Source of the DNA: Camelus dromedarius
Lineage: Eukaryota
DNA: 64,000 nt
Assembly: GCF_036321535.1 (NCBI RefSeq)
Contig: NC_087436.1
Coordinates: 20,710,001-20,774,000 of the forward strand
Reading direction: 5' to 3'
Shown here: positions 61,400-64,000 of the stretch, piece after piece
How the letters are laid out: every line of letters begins with the position of its first letter
How positions within the stretch are numbered: the stretch's first letter is position 1
Notes under the pieces: generated by a model
Database searches by the model: none
The model's input: the letters and a program-made list of their open reading frames with translations, nothing else
Told to the model about the DNA's origin: nothing
Made by a program: the position numbers and the translations under genes

Positions 61400-61790
61400 A
61401 TATCAACTAGGTGCCAGGTACTATTCTAAGCTCTCTGGATACAGGGAGGAATAAACAAAGATCCCAGCTCTTAAAGAGCTTACATTGTAATGGGAGAGAG
61501 ATAGGCAGTAATGAGTAAGCCTGATAAATTATATGCTTTGAAGGCAATAGAGCCTGGAACAGAAGGAATAACAGAAGGATAAAGGGTGATGTAGAGTGCT
61601 GAAAGGGTGGGTGATTTGAGAGGCAGTCTGAAATAGTAGGGCTCTGGGTAGGCTTCATTGAGATGATGACCTGTGAGTGATAATGTGAAGGAGGTGAGGG
61701 AGTCAGTCCTATGGATATGTGTGAGAAGAGTGCACCAGGGGGAGGGACCACTCAGTGCAAAGGCCCTAAGGTGGGAGTGTTTCTGGTCCA
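61400..61790 (-). mobile_element. L2 fragment
   Basis: GTGCCAGGTACTATTCTAAGCTCT...AACAAAGATCCCAGCTCT...GGCTTCATTGAGATGATGAC...AGTGCAAAGGCCCTAAGGTGGGA. Confidence 0.75.
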
Positions 61791-61815
61791 TTAAAGTTTT
61801 CTTATGTTGTTTTTG

Positions 61816-61862
61816 TATGTGTGTGTGTGTGTATGTATATGTATATATGTATGTATATATGT
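61816..61862. repeat. (TG)n/(TA)n microsatellite
   Basis: Directly visible. Confidence 0.9.
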
Positions 61863-61864
61863 CT

Positions 61865-63760
61865 TTTCCGTTCTTTTACTACTAACTCATCTGTATCATT
61901 ATATTTAAAGGGCATTTTTTGTAGCTGGCTTACAAAATTGGATCTTATTTTGTTATCTAATCTGACAATCTCTGCATTGCATTTTAATTGGAGTTTTAAG
62001 ATTATTTATTTATATTATTTAATATAATTATCAGTATAGCTGAATTTAAATCAGCCATCATTTTATTTGCTCTCTCATCTCTCTCTTTTTTTTCATTTCC
62101 TGAAATCTTTTGGATTGAGTATTTTAAAATGTACTGTTTTATAATTACTATTATTTTATTTTCACTACCTTTTAACTTTATTACCATTGCTAGGGTTTAC
62201 CATATGGATCTTTATCTTATCACAGTTTACATTCAAATTATATCACTGTATGTACAATATAAAACCTTTTCAATACTTTACTTCTGCATGTGTTATAAAC
62301 TGCAGAATACATTTGTATTATTTTTGTTTTAAACTGTCAGTTTTCATTTAAGTAATTTTAAAATGAGCATATTGTATTGTACTGTATTTCCCTATATTTT
62401 TATTATTTTTGGTATTTTTTCATTCCTCTGTGTAGATCCAGGTTTATATCAGGTATCTCATCAGATATCTCTCTCTTTCTCTTTTTTTTCCTGCCTGAAG
62501 AATATTCTCTAACATTCTTTATAATGTATTTTTGCTGATGTTAAATTCCCTCAGCTTCTGGTTATCTGAGAAAATTTATTTCATCTTTATAGTTTTGGAG
62601 GCTATTTTGGTAGATTGAATAATCTAAATTGACAATATTTCCCTTCAGCACTTTAAAGATATTGTTTCATTATTTTCTGTCTGGCATAGTTTCGGACAAG
62701 AAGTCTGTGTTATTTTTTTAAGTGAAAGCAAGTTTATTTAGAGAGATACATCATCTTTATTTTTGTTCCTCTAAGCATAATTTTTTTCTTTTGTTGCTTA
62801 TGAAGTTTTGAATCATCACTGGTTGTTAGAAATTTTATTGTGATATTTCTTCATATGCTTTCATTTATGTTGATTCAACCTGAGTTTTGTTGAGTCTCTT
62901 GGATCTTAAAGCTTATAGTTGTCATTAAAATTTGAAAACTTTTGCCATTATTTCTTCAAGTATTTCAATTACATAAATATGATGCTGCTTGATATTATCC
63001 ACAAGTCTCTGAGGCTGTCATTTTTTTCAGTCTCTTTTGCCTTTTGTGACTTATTATGGATAGTTTCTAATGATAAATCTTCAGGATCACTAATGTTTTC
63101 TTCTATTGTATCTAAAATGCTGTTGACTAAATTTAGTAGAAAGTATTTTTCCATATCTATTTTACATCTTCAAAATTTCTGTTTGGTTTTATTTTATATC
63201 TTTTATATATCTCATCATTATGTTTATTTTTTGTTTAAGACTTTGGGCAAAGTCAGCATAGTTACAAAATCCATTTTAAAATCTTTGTTTGTTAATTCCA
63301 CCCAATAGTCCTTTCTGGGTCTATTTCTGTTGTGTGATATTTTTCTTATTATTATGGGTCACATTTTCTTGCATCTTCTTCTATCTAATAATTGTGAGTT
63401 TTACTTTGTTGAGTTCTGGATTTTGTTATCTTCCTTCAAAGACTCTTGGATTATGTTGTGTTGTGGTTAAGTTACCTCCAGATCAGACTGATTTCTCTGA
63501 GGCTTTTTAATAAAGTCTTTTAAAGCACAAATCTAGAGTAGCCTTTACTCTAGGAAAAATTTAGCCCTACTGCTGTATTGTGATCCGCCTATAGTCTGTG
63601 CTTAGTAAGGTTTCTCCATTCTAACTGGAGGGAACTTGAACAATTCCAAACCATGTGCAAATTCTGGGAATTGTTTGGCTTACAATTCTCAAGTACTTTG
63701 TTCTTTACCTAGAACTTGTTTTTGCCTGACCTTGTGGAGTTTCACTCTCCACATACACAT
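61865..63760 (-). mobile_element. Old L1M element (ORF1 region and 5' part)
   Basis: ORF 62969..63154 gives NSILDTIEENISDPEDLSLETIHNKSQK, like the L1 ORF1p coiled coil. T-rich plus strand, similar to parts of 43400-45200. Confidence 0.8.
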
Positions 63761-63769
63761 ATTTAGAGC

Positions 63770-64000
63770 TAGAAATTATTCATCTTAGAGGTAGAAGTTT
63801 GTATTATTTGACCAATGTCTCCCTCTACCCCAGCCCCTGGTGTCCACCATTCTACTCTCAGTTTCTGAATTTGGTGTTTTTAGATTCCACATAGAAGCGA
63901 CAACATATAGTATTTGTCTTTCTCCATCTGACTTATTTCATTTAGCATAATGCCCTCAGGTTCCATCTACGTTGTCACAAAAGGCAGGATTTCCTTCTTT
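63770..64000 (-). mobile_element. L1MA-type 3' region, truncated by the window edge
   Basis: CCCAGCCCCTGG..CCACCATTCTACTCTC...TTTAGATTCCACAT...TGACTTATTTCATTTAGCATAATGCCCTCAGGTTCCATC. Confidence 0.85.

Overview
Mammalian genomic DNA, most likely a camelid (alpaca/camel), inferred from three tRNA-derived vic-1-like SINEs and camelid-type L1 3' ends. The only protein-coding gene is HHIP (Hedgehog-interacting protein) on the minus strand. Its CpG-island promoter lies at about 34.6-36.8 kb. Coding exons 1-4 (35063-34785, 29068-28876, 22968-22812, 21954-21753) splice in frame through GT-AG junctions to give residues 1-277. The long intron 4 runs off the left end of the window. The right ~28 kb is upstream intergenic sequence rich in L1, L2, MIR, LTR and DNA-transposon fossils. 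I see no evidence of a wholly new multi-gene system. The best leads are: (1) an exon-4 3' switch made of a weak donor, a read-through hydrophobic tail, a perfect AG|GTAAGT site and an intronic poly(A) signal; (2) a probable ancient LF-SINE copy in intron 4; (3) splice signals of a divergent antisense RNA (HHIP-AS1-like); (4) a twin-primed 5'-inverted L1; (5) an intronic CpG island next to a perfect hairpin; (6) several candidate GLI and HOX/PBX enhancers. Repeat family names and comparisons with human come from recalled consensus sequences, not from database searches, and repeat boundaries are approximate unless target-site duplications are given.
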